DNA of 64,000 nt from an uncultured Nitrososphaerota archaeon (GTDB lineage: Archaea; Thermoproteota; Nitrososphaeria; Nitrososphaerales; Gagatemarchaeaceae), in NCBI GenBank assembly GCA_963718895.1, contig CAVRAG010000007.1, positions 672,001 through 736,000 on the forward strand, given 5' to 3'. The notes beneath the pieces were generated by a model. The model saw only the letters and a list, made by a program, of their open reading frames with translations, was not told the DNA's origin and did not search any database. Shown here piece after piece: positions 1-10,438 of this stretch. The position numbers and the translations under genes were made by a program. How positions within the stretch are numbered: the first letter of the stretch is position 1; each line of letters begins with the position of its first letter.

Positions 1-781
1 ATGAGTCGAAGTGCCCAATCAGGAAGTCGAGGTAGGGAAGGAGGGTCATGAAGACTGTCCTCGCGCGCTTCACGTCTCCCGCAATCGCAGCGCCGTAGAC
101 GGTCGCCAGGAGGTCGGCCATCTCGGCCCCCGGTATGGAGCCTCTCGTCCCGAGGGCGAGCTCTTCGAGCAGGTATCGTCCGGCCATCCCCCCGAAGACG
201 GTCATCCGGGTCCCCATCAAGTCGGTTATCGCCTTGACTCTCTTCAGGTGTTCACCCCCCTCGACCTTCACATAGCGGACGTTCGCGGATGTCTTCGCCA
301 TACCCTCGAGGTCGGTGGCAGAGAGGTGGACACCCCCGGCCGTCTCGAAGTCCTGGATCATTACGGGCGCGTCGAGCCTGTCTGCCACCTCCTCGTAGTG
401 CCTGCGAATAGACAGCGAAGCTTCCCTCACGAAGTTCGCGTGGTAGGGGGGCGTGACTATGACCCCGTCCGCACCCGCATCAAGGGCTTGGAGGCCCAGC
501 TGGATGCTCGGGAGCGTGCCACTGTGCGAAATGCCGACCAGCACTGGGACCTCGCCGTTCGCCTCGTCCACGACAATCCTGGCTACCCTCGACCGCTCAG
601 CGTCGGAGAACTTGTAGAACTCCCCGGCGAAGAGGAGGCAGGCAAGCCCGTCGGCCCCGCTCTCTACGCAGAACCTGACGACGGACCTCTGCCCAGCCTC
701 GTCGATCTCGCCGCTCTTGGCGCAGATCGTCGGAAGCGACGGGAAGATTCCTTGAAAGTCTCCGCGGCGGCTCGTCACCAT
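1..781 (-). CDS. Dihydrodipicolinate synthase (DapA)-family aldolase, 3' end outside the window
   Basis: Manual translation (absent from the ORF track): MVTSRRGDFQGIFPSLPT...LLFAGEFYKFSDAER...VRYVKVEG (Schiff-base Lys)...VFGGMAG. Confidence 0.85.
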   Translation of the reverse strand, partial: MVTSRRGDFQGIFPSLPTICAKSGEIDEAGQRSVVRFCVESGADGLACLLFAGEFYKFSDAERSRVARIVVDEANGEVPVLVGISHSGTLPSIQLGLQALDAGADGVIVTPPYHANFVREASLSIRRHYEEVADRLDAPVMIQDFETAGGVHLSATDLEGMAKTSANVRYVKVEGGEHLKRVKAITDLMGTRMTVFGGMAGRYLLEELALGTRGSIPGAEMADLLATVYGAAIAGDVKRARTVFMTLLPYLDFLIGHFDS

Positions 782-834
782 CGATCACGCGCAGAGAGGG
801 GCGTTGGTCTGCCCCGATGTTTCATCGGCGCGCA

Positions 835-1851
835 TCAGACCCTCGACCGGAGGATTACCTTCGAGTATGGCGCCGTGCCGAGCGACTGCTCGGTGAACGA
901 GGCCTGTCCCGCATCGAGGCCCCTGACGTCGAGCCACCCGCTCGAAGTCTCGAGGAAGCCGCCATCGGCCAACACCACCGCTCTCCTGAAGTCCTCGTCA
1001 GAGTAGGAGAACGATCCGACCAGCTGCTTCTCGAACCTGACGATCTCGTTGCCGGGGAAGCTCGTCGCGTTCTCGTGCAGCCCCACCAAGACGACCCTGC
1101 CCCCCCTGCGCACCGCAGCCAGACCTTGGGCCCTAGTCTGTGAGGACCCCACCGCGTCGATGACGCTGTCGACCCCCTCTCCAGACGTCGCGCCCTTGAC
1201 CAGGGCGAGTACGTCGTCGGTCTTCGGGTTCATCACCGTGGTTGCGCCCCAGTTGGAGGCCCAGCGGAGCCGGGCGGAGTTTGTGTCGACGACCGTGCAG
1301 CTGCTCGCCCCCCTCGACTTGGCGAGCCTCGCCGCCATGAGCCCGATGGTTCCGGCACCTATGACCATCACGGAGTCCCCGGCTTCTATCTGGGCCAGGC
1401 TCGTCGCTCTTACGCCGCAGGCGAGCGGCTCGACGAGGGACCCCACCAACGGGTCCCCGACCTTGAAGCAGGCCCCGACCGGGACCGCTACGTACTCGGC
1501 GTACGACCCAGGGTAGTCCACCCCGATGATCTTCCTGAAGGCGCAGAGCTGGCGCAACCCTCTCCGGCACGTCCTGCACTGGCCGCACGAAAGGATAGGA
1601 TTCACCGCCACGAGCTCCCCCTCCCACTCCTTCGGTACCTCCGAGCCTTCCTCGACCACCACCCCCGAGAACTCGTGACCCATGATCAGCGGGGGTCTCC
1701 TCAGCTCGTTGTGGCCCAGAAACGCACCTATCTCAGACCCGCAGATGCCGGAGTCCTCAACGGCAAGGAGAACCTGGCCCGGACCCGGGCGCGGCCTCGG
1801 GCTCTCCTCGATCTCCATCAGCGAAGGGCCCTTCCAGACGAGAGCTTTCAT
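835..1851 (-). CDS. Zn-dependent alcohol/sugar-alcohol dehydrogenase (MDR family)
   Basis: GICGSE, GHEFSG, CGQCRTC..C and GAGTIG motifs; start taken at MKALVW (1851). Confidence 0.92.
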   Translation of the reverse strand: MKALVWKGPSLMEIEESPRPRPGPGQVLLAVEDSGICGSEIGAFLGHNELRRPPLIMGHEFSGVVVEEGSEVPKEWEGELVAVNPILSCGQCRTCRRGLRQLCAFRKIIGVDYPGSYAEYVAVPVGACFKVGDPLVGSLVEPLACGVRATSLAQIEAGDSVMVIGAGTIGLMAARLAKSRGASSCTVVDTNSARLRWASNWGATTVMNPKTDDVLALVKGATSGEGVDSVIDAVGSSQTRAQGLAAVRRGGRVVLVGLHENATSFPGNEIVRFEKQLVGSFSYSDEDFRRAVVLADGGFLETSSGWLDVRGLDAGQASFTEQSLGTAPYSKVILRSRV

Positions 1852-1876
1852 GACCTTCCTGAGGTCGGGGATGGGC

Positions 1877-1883
1877 ATTTAAG
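1877..1883. promoter_or_regulatory. Shared bidirectional TATA box
   Basis: ATTTAAG is the only AT-rich patch between divergent ATGs at 1851 and 1907, about 25 nt from each. Confidence 0.55.
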
Positions 1884-1906
1884 CTGCATCGGCATGCGGT
1901 CCGACC

Positions 1907-3043
1907 ATGAAGATCACTGACGTCCGAGCGATTCCGCTTCATTCCACGGAAAGGTCGCTCTCAGCCGGCCCCGGAGCGTGTCTGGTGGAGATAGAGACGG
2001 ACAAGGGCATCGTCGGCGTCGGGGAGGCCTGCACCCAGAGCGAGCACGACGAGGCCAGCCTCGCGGCCCAGGTGTTGATCGAGCGGGGGATGAAACCGCT
2101 CCTTGTGGGAAGGGACCCCCTCAACGTCAGGCGAATCTGGGAGGACATCTACCTCCGGACAGAGTGGTTCGGCCGGGCCGGCATCTCCCAGTACGCGCTG
2201 AGCGGCGTCGACACCGCTCTTTGGGACCTCGCCGGGAAGAGCATGGGCGTCTCGGTATCTAGGCTTCTCGGGGGACGGTTCAGAGAGGACGTCAAGGTCT
2301 ACGCCAGCATAATCTTCGACATGGAGGACTTCGGGGCAATGGCGGCCGAGGCGAAGAAGTGGACGAAGGAGGGCTACACGGCAGTCAAGTTCGGCTGGGG
2401 GCAGACAAGAGAGGCTTCCTACGGGCTGGACGCCGAGAGGGATGAGTCGGCCGTGAAGTACCTGCGGGAGGCCCTGGGGCCCAAGGTGGACATCATGGTA
2501 GACGTCGGGAGGTACGTCAACTGGAGCGTCTCCCACGCCATCCGGATGGCCAGGAGGCTGGCCAAGTACGACATCTACTGGCTGGAGGAGGCGCTGCCCC
2601 AGGACGACGTCGAGGGCTACATACGCTTGACCAAGAACAGCCCGGTCAGGATAGCCGGCGGGGAGGGAGAGTACAACCGGTTCGCGTTCGAGAGATGGAT
2701 AAGGGGACACGCCGTCGACATCATCCAGCCCGACATCTGCAGGTCGGGAGGCTTCACCGAAGGGATGCGCATCGCCGACCTCGTCCAGTTCCACAACATC
2801 ACTCTCGTACCCCACGGGTTCAGCACGGCCGTCAGCGTGGCCGCGAACCTTCAGTTCATCTCGTCGATCCCGGGTGGCGAGCTCCTGGAGTTCAGGCGGA
2901 CCAGGTCCCCGCTGATGGCTAAGCTGGTGAAGAAGCCTTTCGAGGCCAAGAACGGGCGCCTCGCAATCCCTGACAGGCCGGGCCTCGGCATAGAGCTGGA
3001 TGACGAGACCGTAGAAGAGTGCAGGGTCAGGGCGAGCCGCTAG
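1907..3043 (+). CDS. Mandelate racemase/muconate lactonizing enzyme family protein (probable sugar-acid dehydratase)
   Basis: ALSGVDTALWDLAGK, IMVD, WLEE, AGGE, IIQPD and PHG motifs. Confidence 0.92.
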   Translation: MKITDVRAIPLHSTERSLSAGPGACLVEIETDKGIVGVGEACTQSEHDEASLAAQVLIERGMKPLLVGRDPLNVRRIWEDIYLRTEWFGRAGISQYALSGVDTALWDLAGKSMGVSVSRLLGGRFREDVKVYASIIFDMEDFGAMAAEAKKWTKEGYTAVKFGWGQTREASYGLDAERDESAVKYLREALGPKVDIMVDVGRYVNWSVSHAIRMARRLAKYDIYWLEEALPQDDVEGYIRLTKNSPVRIAGGEGEYNRFAFERWIRGHAVDIIQPDICRSGGFTEGMRIADLVQFHNITLVPHGFSTAVSVAANLQFISSIPGGELLEFRRTRSPLMAKLVKKPFEAKNGRLAIPDRPGLGIELDDETVEECRVRASR

Positions 3044-3696
3044 TCCCCCGGTCCGTCTCTGGGCAGAGGACCCGCAGCAATCCCACGGGTCGGCGAGACC
3101 TCTCTCTCGGGCTCCCTCCGCTGAGAAATCAGGAAGACTCCAAGGTCGGCCCTCAGGTTCGGGAGGACGCCCACCCGCTTGTCCTTCCTCACGAAGGCCG
3201 AATCCTCGATTGTAAAGTCACGCCTCCTGCAGTAATCGATGAAGTCCGAGATGCTCAGAAAGTGAAGGTTGGGTGTGTCATACCATTCGTGAGGTAGAGA
3301 AGACGTCACAGGCACCTTGCCTCCGAGGAGTATCTGGAACCGGACGGTGTAAGAGGCGAAGTTCGGAAAGTCCACGATGATTCGTCTTCCCACCCTCATC
3401 GCCTCGCTGAGGATAACGTCAGGCTTCCTCACCTGCTGCAGGCTCTGGTCGAATATCAGATAATCGAAAGAAGCGTCCGGATATCCAGAGAGCCCCCCCT
3501 CGAAGTCCTCCTGGAAGACACTGAGGCCCTTCTCCACGCACTCGTGGACCGCCTTGGCGTCGATCTCTATGCCCTGAGCGCGAACCCGCTTCTCGGCGAC
3601 GAGCAGCGCCAGGAGGGTCCCGCCCCCACAACCGAGCTCCAGGACGGTCGAGTCGGGATCGACCCAGTCAAGGATGATTCTGTGCTCTAATCTCAT
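3040..3696 (-). CDS. metW: Methionine biosynthesis protein MetW (SAM-methyltransferase fold)
   Basis: LELGCGGG and WYDTPNLHF motifs; directly downstream of metX. Confidence 0.9.
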   Translation of the reverse strand: MRLEHRIILDWVDPDSTVLELGCGGGTLLALLVAEKRVRAQGIEIDAKAVHECVEKGLSVFQEDFEGGLSGYPDASFDYLIFDQSLQQVRKPDVILSEAMRVGRRIIVDFPNFASYTVRFQILLGGKVPVTSSLPHEWYDTPNLHFLSISDFIDYCRRRDFTIEDSAFVRKDKRVGVLPNLRADLGVFLISQRREPEREVSPTRGIAAGPLPRDGPGD

Positions 3697-4837
3697 GGGA
3701 CGATCGCCCTGCCTCAGGCCCTGCGTGGCCGTTCTCCGAGACCGTCCTTAGGAAATGCTGGATCAGGTGGGTCTCCTCCTCCACCTCGAGAAGGAACGCG
3801 TCGTGGCCGTAGGTCGAGTTGATCTCACAGTAGCTCGCGTCGACGCCGGCCAGTTTGCAGGCCTTCACGGTCTCCTTGGACTGGTAGGCGGGGTACAGCC
3901 AGTCGGACCGGAAGGCTATGACGAGCACCCTCGCTTTCAGGCCCATGAAGACCTCCTGGAGCCTCTTCTCGGCCAGCAGGTCAAAGTTGTCCATCGCCTT
4001 GGTTATGTAGAGATAGGAGTTCGCGTCGAACCTCTTCACGAAGCTGTCCCCCCTGTATCGCAGATACCCCTCCACCTCGAAGTCGGCCCCGAACTTGCCC
4101 TGCTCTCCCTCGGTCTTGAGGCGCCGGCCGAACTTCTCGGCCATCGACGCGTCGCTCATGTAGGTGATGTGTCCGACCATCCGGGCCACCGACAGACCCT
4201 TCGACGGCAGGGGTCCTCCGTAGTAGTCGCCCTCCTTCCAGTTGTTGTCGGCCATGATGGCTTGCCTCCCGACCTCGTCGAAGGCGATCTGCTGGGGCGC
4301 GTGCTTCATCGTCGTCGCGATGGGGATCGCGGCGCGAATCCTCGCTGGGTACGAGACCATCCACTGGAGGACCTGCATCCCTCCCATCGAGCCCCCGATC
4401 ACGGCGAGGAGCCTTCTGATGCCGAGGGTCTCGACCAGTCGGCTCTGCGCGTCGACCATGTCCTTGATCGTCAGGACCGGAAACTCCAGGCCATAGGGTC
4501 TGCCCGTCTTGGGATTAGTCGACGCGGGCCCCGTCGACCCCTTGCACCCGCCGAGCACGTTCGAGCAGATCACGAAGTACTTCTCCGTGTCCAGTCCCTT
4601 GCCCGGACCTATCATCTCGTCCCACCATCCCGGGCTCTTCTCGCCCTCGTGGAATCCGGCAGCGTGCGCGTCGCCGGAGAGGGCATGGAGCACCAGGACC
4701 GCGTTCGACTTGTCGGCGTTGAGGCTCCCGTAGGTCTCATAGGCGAGCGTGACCGGTGCGAGACTCCTCCCGCAGTCCAGCGGCAGCCCCGTGGGTGGGT
4801 CTGCGAAGGTGAAGAACCTCGTCTCTACGAGGCCCAC
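3668..4837 (-). CDS. metX: Homoserine O-acetyltransferase
   Basis: HALSGD, GWW, GGSMGG, RFDANSY and GHDAFL motifs. Confidence 0.96.
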   Translation of the reverse strand: MGLVETRFFTFADPPTGLPLDCGRSLAPVTLAYETYGSLNADKSNAVLVLHALSGDAHAAGFHEGEKSPGWWDEMIGPGKGLDTEKYFVICSNVLGGCKGSTGPASTNPKTGRPYGLEFPVLTIKDMVDAQSRLVETLGIRRLLAVIGGSMGGMQVLQWMVSYPARIRAAIPIATTMKHAPQQIAFDEVGRQAIMADNNWKEGDYYGGPLPSKGLSVARMVGHITYMSDASMAEKFGRRLKTEGEQGKFGADFEVEGYLRYRGDSFVKRFDANSYLYITKAMDNFDLLAEKRLQEVFMGLKARVLVIAFRSDWLYPAYQSKETVKACKLAGVDASYCEINSTYGHDAFLLEVEEETHLIQHFLRTVSENGHAGPEAGRSSHEIRAQNHP

Positions 4838-4918
4838 GCTGCCGCCGCCGGATGTTAACTCACATCGTCTCCACGCGTATGTGCACCGAATCTCTGAGTC
4901 GCTGTCTTGCCCCCCGGC

Positions 4919-6226
<1,308 letters not shown>

Positions 6227-6240
6227 TCAGCATCCCGTCC

Positions 6241-6297
6241 ATTTAACGAGTCGTGTCAAGAATATGAATATCAGAATATCATTCTTAAATGAATATC
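6241..6297. promoter_or_regulatory. metY promoter: TATA box with an upstream array of GAATAT repeats
   Basis: TTAAAT on the minus strand at 6246-6241; GAATAT at 6260, 6266, 6274 and 6291. Confidence 0.6.
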
Positions 6298-6390
6298 TGG
6301 CAGGCGCCTGAAGTGTAGGACTCTTTCAGAGGATTACCTTCGGAGTTTGTTACCGGTTCCCTAAGGCTGCCCCGGAGGAGGTACTCCGCC

Positions 6391-6894
6391 ATGAGAGAGA
6401 GGATTTCTCGGACGCAGTCGGTCATGCAGAGCCGAGCCTTCAGGAAGGTCATGGTAGCTGTGGATGGTCCGGAGAACTCAGCCAAGGAGCTGGAGGTCGC
6501 CACCACCATCGCGGCGCAGAACCGCGCAGAGCTCGTCATACTTCACGTCGTGACACCGCCTCCGACTCTTTTCGTAGCCCCGGACTTCGGCGTGCAGCCG
6601 GCCTTGTTCTCCAGGTACTACGAGAGCTTCTATGAGGAGCCGAGGAAGAGAGACTGGAGGTGGCTGTCTGGACTCGCGCGGGCCGCCGAGGAGAACGGCG
6701 TGAGGGCGACGGCCAAGGTGGCAATGCCAACGGCCTCGGTCGCCGAGGAGGTCGTCAGGGTCGCCGAGGGCGAGGAGGTCGACCTGATCGTCACAGGTAC
6801 AACGAGTGGAGGGATCTTCGAGAGACTCCTCCGCGGGAGCGTCTCGAAAGGGGTCGTGGACCGCGCCAAATGCCCTGTCCTGACCGTCCGCTAA
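6391..6894 (+). CDS. Universal stress protein (UspA family)
   Basis: KVMVAVDG, DLIVTG and LLRGSVS...CPVLTVR motifs; the true start may be 6424. Confidence 0.9.
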   Translation: MRERISRTQSVMQSRAFRKVMVAVDGPENSAKELEVATTIAAQNRAELVILHVVTPPPTLFVAPDFGVQPALFSRYYESFYEEPRKRDWRWLSGLARAAEENGVRATAKVAMPTASVAEEVVRVAEGEEVDLIVTGTTSGGIFERLLRGSVSKGVVDRAKCPVLTVR

Positions 6895-6956
6895 CGTCCG
6901 AGGACGACTGACCCCTGACCCAGGAGCGCGAGCGGCGCCCGGATAGAAGCATTCGG

Positions 6957-7526
6957 CTACTTGGTTCTAGTACGGCGCGTCTTTTCCCCGGCGCGGGTCC
7001 CCGGCGGGTTTCCACCCCCTCCGAACCGGTAGCTCGCCACGACCCTGGATCCTAGCTCGGGCCTCACACCGTTCGTCCCATCCCCGAAGAGGATCTCGGA
7101 GAGGTCCCCGTCTTCCCGGATGACATAGACCCTGTCCTGGGACCCGCTCTCCGAGAGCGACCCGACCCGCTTCCAGAGAACCCCATCTACGCTGACCTCG
7201 AGTTCCGGGAGAGCGAAGGACGCCTTCGAGTGATCGTTCGGGCTCCCAAGCCCCACGTGGAGCGTGGTGGAGACCTCACCGCCCTCGGTCACCTCTCGGA
7301 CCATCCGCAGGCCCGGGCTGCCTTGGGCCGGCGGTGTCAGCGGCGGAGCCGGCCCGGCCACCTGGAGGTTCCTCTCCCATACGTCCAGGTAGACCAGTCC
7401 GGGCTGGAGCTGGAACTCGGACTTTTCGTTCCAGTCCGTGTCAAGTTGCACCCGTCCCTGCTGCATCGTGACGCTGCCATAGCGCATCCTCGCGCTGAAC
7501 GTCGACCTGCTGAACTCGCCCCTCAT
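6957..7526 (-). CDS. Small protein fusing DUF6519-like N-terminal motifs with a phage/eCIS baseplate-like segment
   Basis: MRGEFSR...MQQGRVQLDTDWNE and LVYLDVWER, then VDGVLW...FGDGTNGVRP..G..VVASYRFGGG. Confidence 0.7.
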   Translation of the reverse strand: MRGEFSRSTFSARMRYGSVTMQQGRVQLDTDWNEKSEFQLQPGLVYLDVWERNLQVAGPAPPLTPPAQGSPGLRMVREVTEGGEVSTTLHVGLGSPNDHSKASFALPELEVSVDGVLWKRVGSLSESGSQDRVYVIREDGDLSEILFGDGTNGVRPELGSRVVASYRFGGGGNPPGTRAGEKTRRTRTK

Positions 7527-7628
7527 GGCTCCGCGCCCTCCACGGGGGCTTAAATTATCTGCTGGAGGCCGCCTCCGAGCTGGCGTCGACCAACCGTTAA
7601 ATCGAGAGAGGGCGCTCGCGAAGAGGCG

Positions 7629-8807
7629 ATGAAAATCGCCGTCATAGGCGCGGGGATGATGGGTTCGGCCGTCGCATGGGACCTGGCACGGTCCAAGGAC
7701 GTCGACGAGATGATAGTGGCAGACATCAGCCAGGCCAAGCTCTCGGCCGTGAAGGAGAGGCTCGGCGAAAGGGCTTCGATCAGGAGGATGGACGTAACCG
7801 ACGCGGCTGGGCTAGGACGGTTCCTGAAGTCGTGTGACGTCGCCGTGAGCGCCCTCCCCCACGGAGCAGTCCATCCGGTCGACCTTGCCGCCGTCGAGTG
7901 CGGTGCAAGGATGGTCAACACCGCATTCGAGGATCAGCAGATGGACCTTGACCGGAGGGCGAAGGAGAAGGGGTCGGTCCTCATCCCGGGATGCGGCCTC
8001 GCCCCAGGGCTCTCCAATATCCTGGTCGCGGAGGGCGCCAGATCGATGGACCTGGCGGAGGAAGGTCACGTCTACGTCGGCGGGCTGCCCCAGAACCCCG
8101 AGCCCCCGCTCTCCTACAGGCTTGTCTTCTCGGTCAGAGGGCTAATCCGGGAGTACCTGAGCGCCAGGATCATCAGGGAACGAGAGGTGAAATCTGTCGA
8201 TCCATTCGGGGAAGTGACGAGGGTGAGATTCGGCAAGCCGATCGGAGCGCTGGAAGCGTTCTTTACGGACGGGCTCGGCTCCTCTATCTTCACGCTCAAG
8301 AACCTCAGGCAGCTGGACGAGAGGACACTCAGGTATCCCGGCCACGCCGAGAGGATAAAGTTCCTGATCGAGGCCGGCTTCTTCAGCAGCGACAAGGTCT
8401 TGGTCGGGGGCACGGCGGTCGCTCCGGTGGCCGTCTCGGAGGCCATCCTCCAGAAGGTCCTGACGCGGGGGGACCCGGCGGACGTCACAGTCATGAGAGT
8501 CAGGGTAGTCGGGAAGAGGGACGGGAAGAGGCTCAAGACAACGTTCGAGCTGATAGACTACTACGACAAGGCTAGTGGGGTGACGTCGATGGGACGCACC
8601 ACAGGTTTCACCGCCGCCATCGTCGCGAGGATGCTGGGCAGGGGCGAGATAGAGGGTCCCGGTGTGCTCCCTCCCGAGACCGCGCTGGGAGGGCGCGAAG
8701 TGAAACGGCTGCTCGCAGAGCTCGCGTCAAAGGGCGTCTTTGTGAAGAGGAGAACCCGGCGAGGCCCGACGCAGGAGTCCGAGCGCCGAACGACCGGACA
8801 TCCTTGA
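7629..8807 (+). CDS. Saccharopine dehydrogenase / lysine 6-dehydrogenase family protein
   Basis: GAGMMG, GCGLAPG, VGGLP, TLRYPGH and MGRTTG motifs. Confidence 0.9.
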   Translation: MKIAVIGAGMMGSAVAWDLARSKDVDEMIVADISQAKLSAVKERLGERASIRRMDVTDAAGLGRFLKSCDVAVSALPHGAVHPVDLAAVECGARMVNTAFEDQQMDLDRRAKEKGSVLIPGCGLAPGLSNILVAEGARSMDLAEEGHVYVGGLPQNPEPPLSYRLVFSVRGLIREYLSARIIREREVKSVDPFGEVTRVRFGKPIGALEAFFTDGLGSSIFTLKNLRQLDERTLRYPGHAERIKFLIEAGFFSSDKVLVGGTAVAPVAVSEAILQKVLTRGDPADVTVMRVRVVGKRDGKRLKTTFELIDYYDKASGVTSMGRTTGFTAAIVARMLGRGEIEGPGVLPPETALGGREVKRLLAELASKGVFVKRRTRRGPTQESERRTTGHP

Positions 8808-8859
8808 GCAAGGCTTACGAAGGTGCTCCGCACCACCACCGGAGCCAAGGCACCATCCA

Positions 8860-10188
8860 TTGAGATCAGTCTTCGTCCCGTGGTCGGTCGCGCTCGGTGA
8901 GTCGGAGAGGCTGCTCGACGACCTCTCCAGATACACCAAGGTCGACGGCATCGAGCTGCTCGATTTCTCCTCACAGATAGAGAAGGCCTCCTACGGCTCC
9001 GCCCAGAGGCCAGCCTGCAGGGTCCTACCATCGAGCAAGAGGCTCGGCCTCGAGCTCCCAGTGGTGAAGCGGGAGGAGCTCAAGGCGGCCCTGAAGTTCA
9101 TGAGCGACGCAAAGTCGAGGGGGTTCAAGATAACGTGTAACTTCGTGCCCCTCTGGCTGGGGACCGACAAGCTCAGGGAATCTTCGCTGGTCGACGTGAC
9201 TGGGAGGCACCTGGGAGGGCCCGGTGACTTCCCGGTCTATGGTTGCCCGAATGACCCTGACATGATCAGGTACGGGGAGTTCATGATGCGCGAGTTTGTC
9301 CAGGCTTGGCCGGACATGGAGATAATGGCCCTCAACCATCTGGAGTATCCCCACATCCTCCTCTGGGCCTACCCCAGGGTTGACCTCGAGAGCATATTCG
9401 CGTGCTTCTGCAAGTCCTGCGAGGACTCGGCGCTCGAGCACGGCCTCGACCTCGAGAGGATGAAGAACGAGGCGAAGGTGCTCCTCGCCACCCTCGGGCG
9501 CGGTCCCCCGTCCGGGAACGGAGGCACCCCGCCCGTCGTCAACGCCGACGATGTCGTGAACTTCTTCCTGAGGAGACCCCACCTCGCCGAATGGCTCAAC
9601 TTCAGGATGCGTTCGATGACCGACTACGCCCGCTCGCTCATCGCAGCCGGGAGGGAGGCCGCGAAGGAGCACAACCCTGACCTTCGGTTCGGGATGGAGT
9701 TCCAGCTCCCTTCGCTCAGCCCGTTGCTGGGGACAGACTTCCTGAGTCTCTCGTTCGACCTCGACCTGATGATACCGAAGTTCCCCGACTACCTGCCTGG
9801 GTCCGTACTGCCCCTGTTCGCCCAGGAGGTCGGCGCGAGGAGCGGTATCGACAAGGATGCCCTGCTGAGCATGATCCGCGAAGCGTTCGACCTCGGTCCG
9901 GGTCCGAAGCGGTACTCGCCGTACCAGCCCTACGGGGAGCTTAGGCATATCCTCCTCTACTCGAACGCGTTCGACCACTCCATCGTGGCCCGCCAAATGA
10001 AGTACCTGAGGACCCTAGTCGGCAAGGTACCAATCCAGCCCTACATCTGGGAGAGCAACAACGACGAGGAGAGCTTAAGGAAGAAGATCGAGGCCCTCTC
10101 GAGCGCCGGTTTCGATGACTTCTTCCTTTGGTCCTGGGAGGAAGGGATCAAGACGGAGCACCTCAGGGCCCTGAAGGACATACTCTGA
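8860..10188 (+). CDS. Hypothetical protein, putative glycoside-hydrolase-like TIM barrel (paralog A)
   Basis: Long ORF with GCPND, NHLEYP and CFCKSC motifs; near-collinear paralog at 40464. Confidence 0.75.
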   Translation: MRSVFVPWSVALGESERLLDDLSRYTKVDGIELLDFSSQIEKASYGSAQRPACRVLPSSKRLGLELPVVKREELKAALKFMSDAKSRGFKITCNFVPLWLGTDKLRESSLVDVTGRHLGGPGDFPVYGCPNDPDMIRYGEFMMREFVQAWPDMEIMALNHLEYPHILLWAYPRVDLESIFACFCKSCEDSALEHGLDLERMKNEAKVLLATLGRGPPSGNGGTPPVVNADDVVNFFLRRPHLAEWLNFRMRSMTDYARSLIAAGREAAKEHNPDLRFGMEFQLPSLSPLLGTDFLSLSFDLDLMIPKFPDYLPGSVLPLFAQEVGARSGIDKDALLSMIREAFDLGPGPKRYSPYQPYGELRHILLYSNAFDHSIVARQMKYLRTLVGKVPIQPYIWESNNDEESLRKKIEALSSAGFDDFFLWSWEEGIKTEHLRALKDIL

Positions 10189-10189
10189 G

Positions 10190-10311
10190 CGTCCAGGGCA
10201 CGAGCCAGAGTCGACTTCCGCCAATCGGTAGAGCTCCTCGAACCGACCCGTCGGGTCGCCTCGATCAATCGAGGTCAGGGCCAGCTTCCTCGCGACGGAC
10301 GTCTCCTCCAC
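10190..10311 (-). pseudogene. Truncated N-terminus of a class I SAM methyltransferase
   Basis: MEETSVARKLALTSIDRGDPTGRFEELYRLAE, then VPW after a frameshift; TATA (TTATAT) near 10340. Confidence 0.5.
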
Positions 10312-10438
10312 CCCTTCGGTCGGCGCGACTCCGAAGATATAAGCCGAACCGTACCCCTACACGTCGACGCGATGGAGCCGGTGCAACCCTGAGGTCCGGG
10401 CGGGGCGTAGGGCGAGGAAAGGAGGCCGAATAGGTCCG

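Noticed and set aside
11-1006. 331-aa plus-strand ORF and other long antisense ORFs (e.g. 4907-6193, 1961-2815, 44280-45221, 49772-50776)
   Set aside because: These are shadow ORFs opposite real genes in GC-rich DNA; only the 3' end of 44280-45221 belongs to the antitoxin
6300-6400. Possible SAM riboswitch upstream of metY (GAACCGGTAAC and CTGAAAGA on the minus strand)
   Set aside because: Core SAM-I elements (AUC, GCAAC, GGUGC) are not in register, and the region lies upstream of the likely metY TATA box
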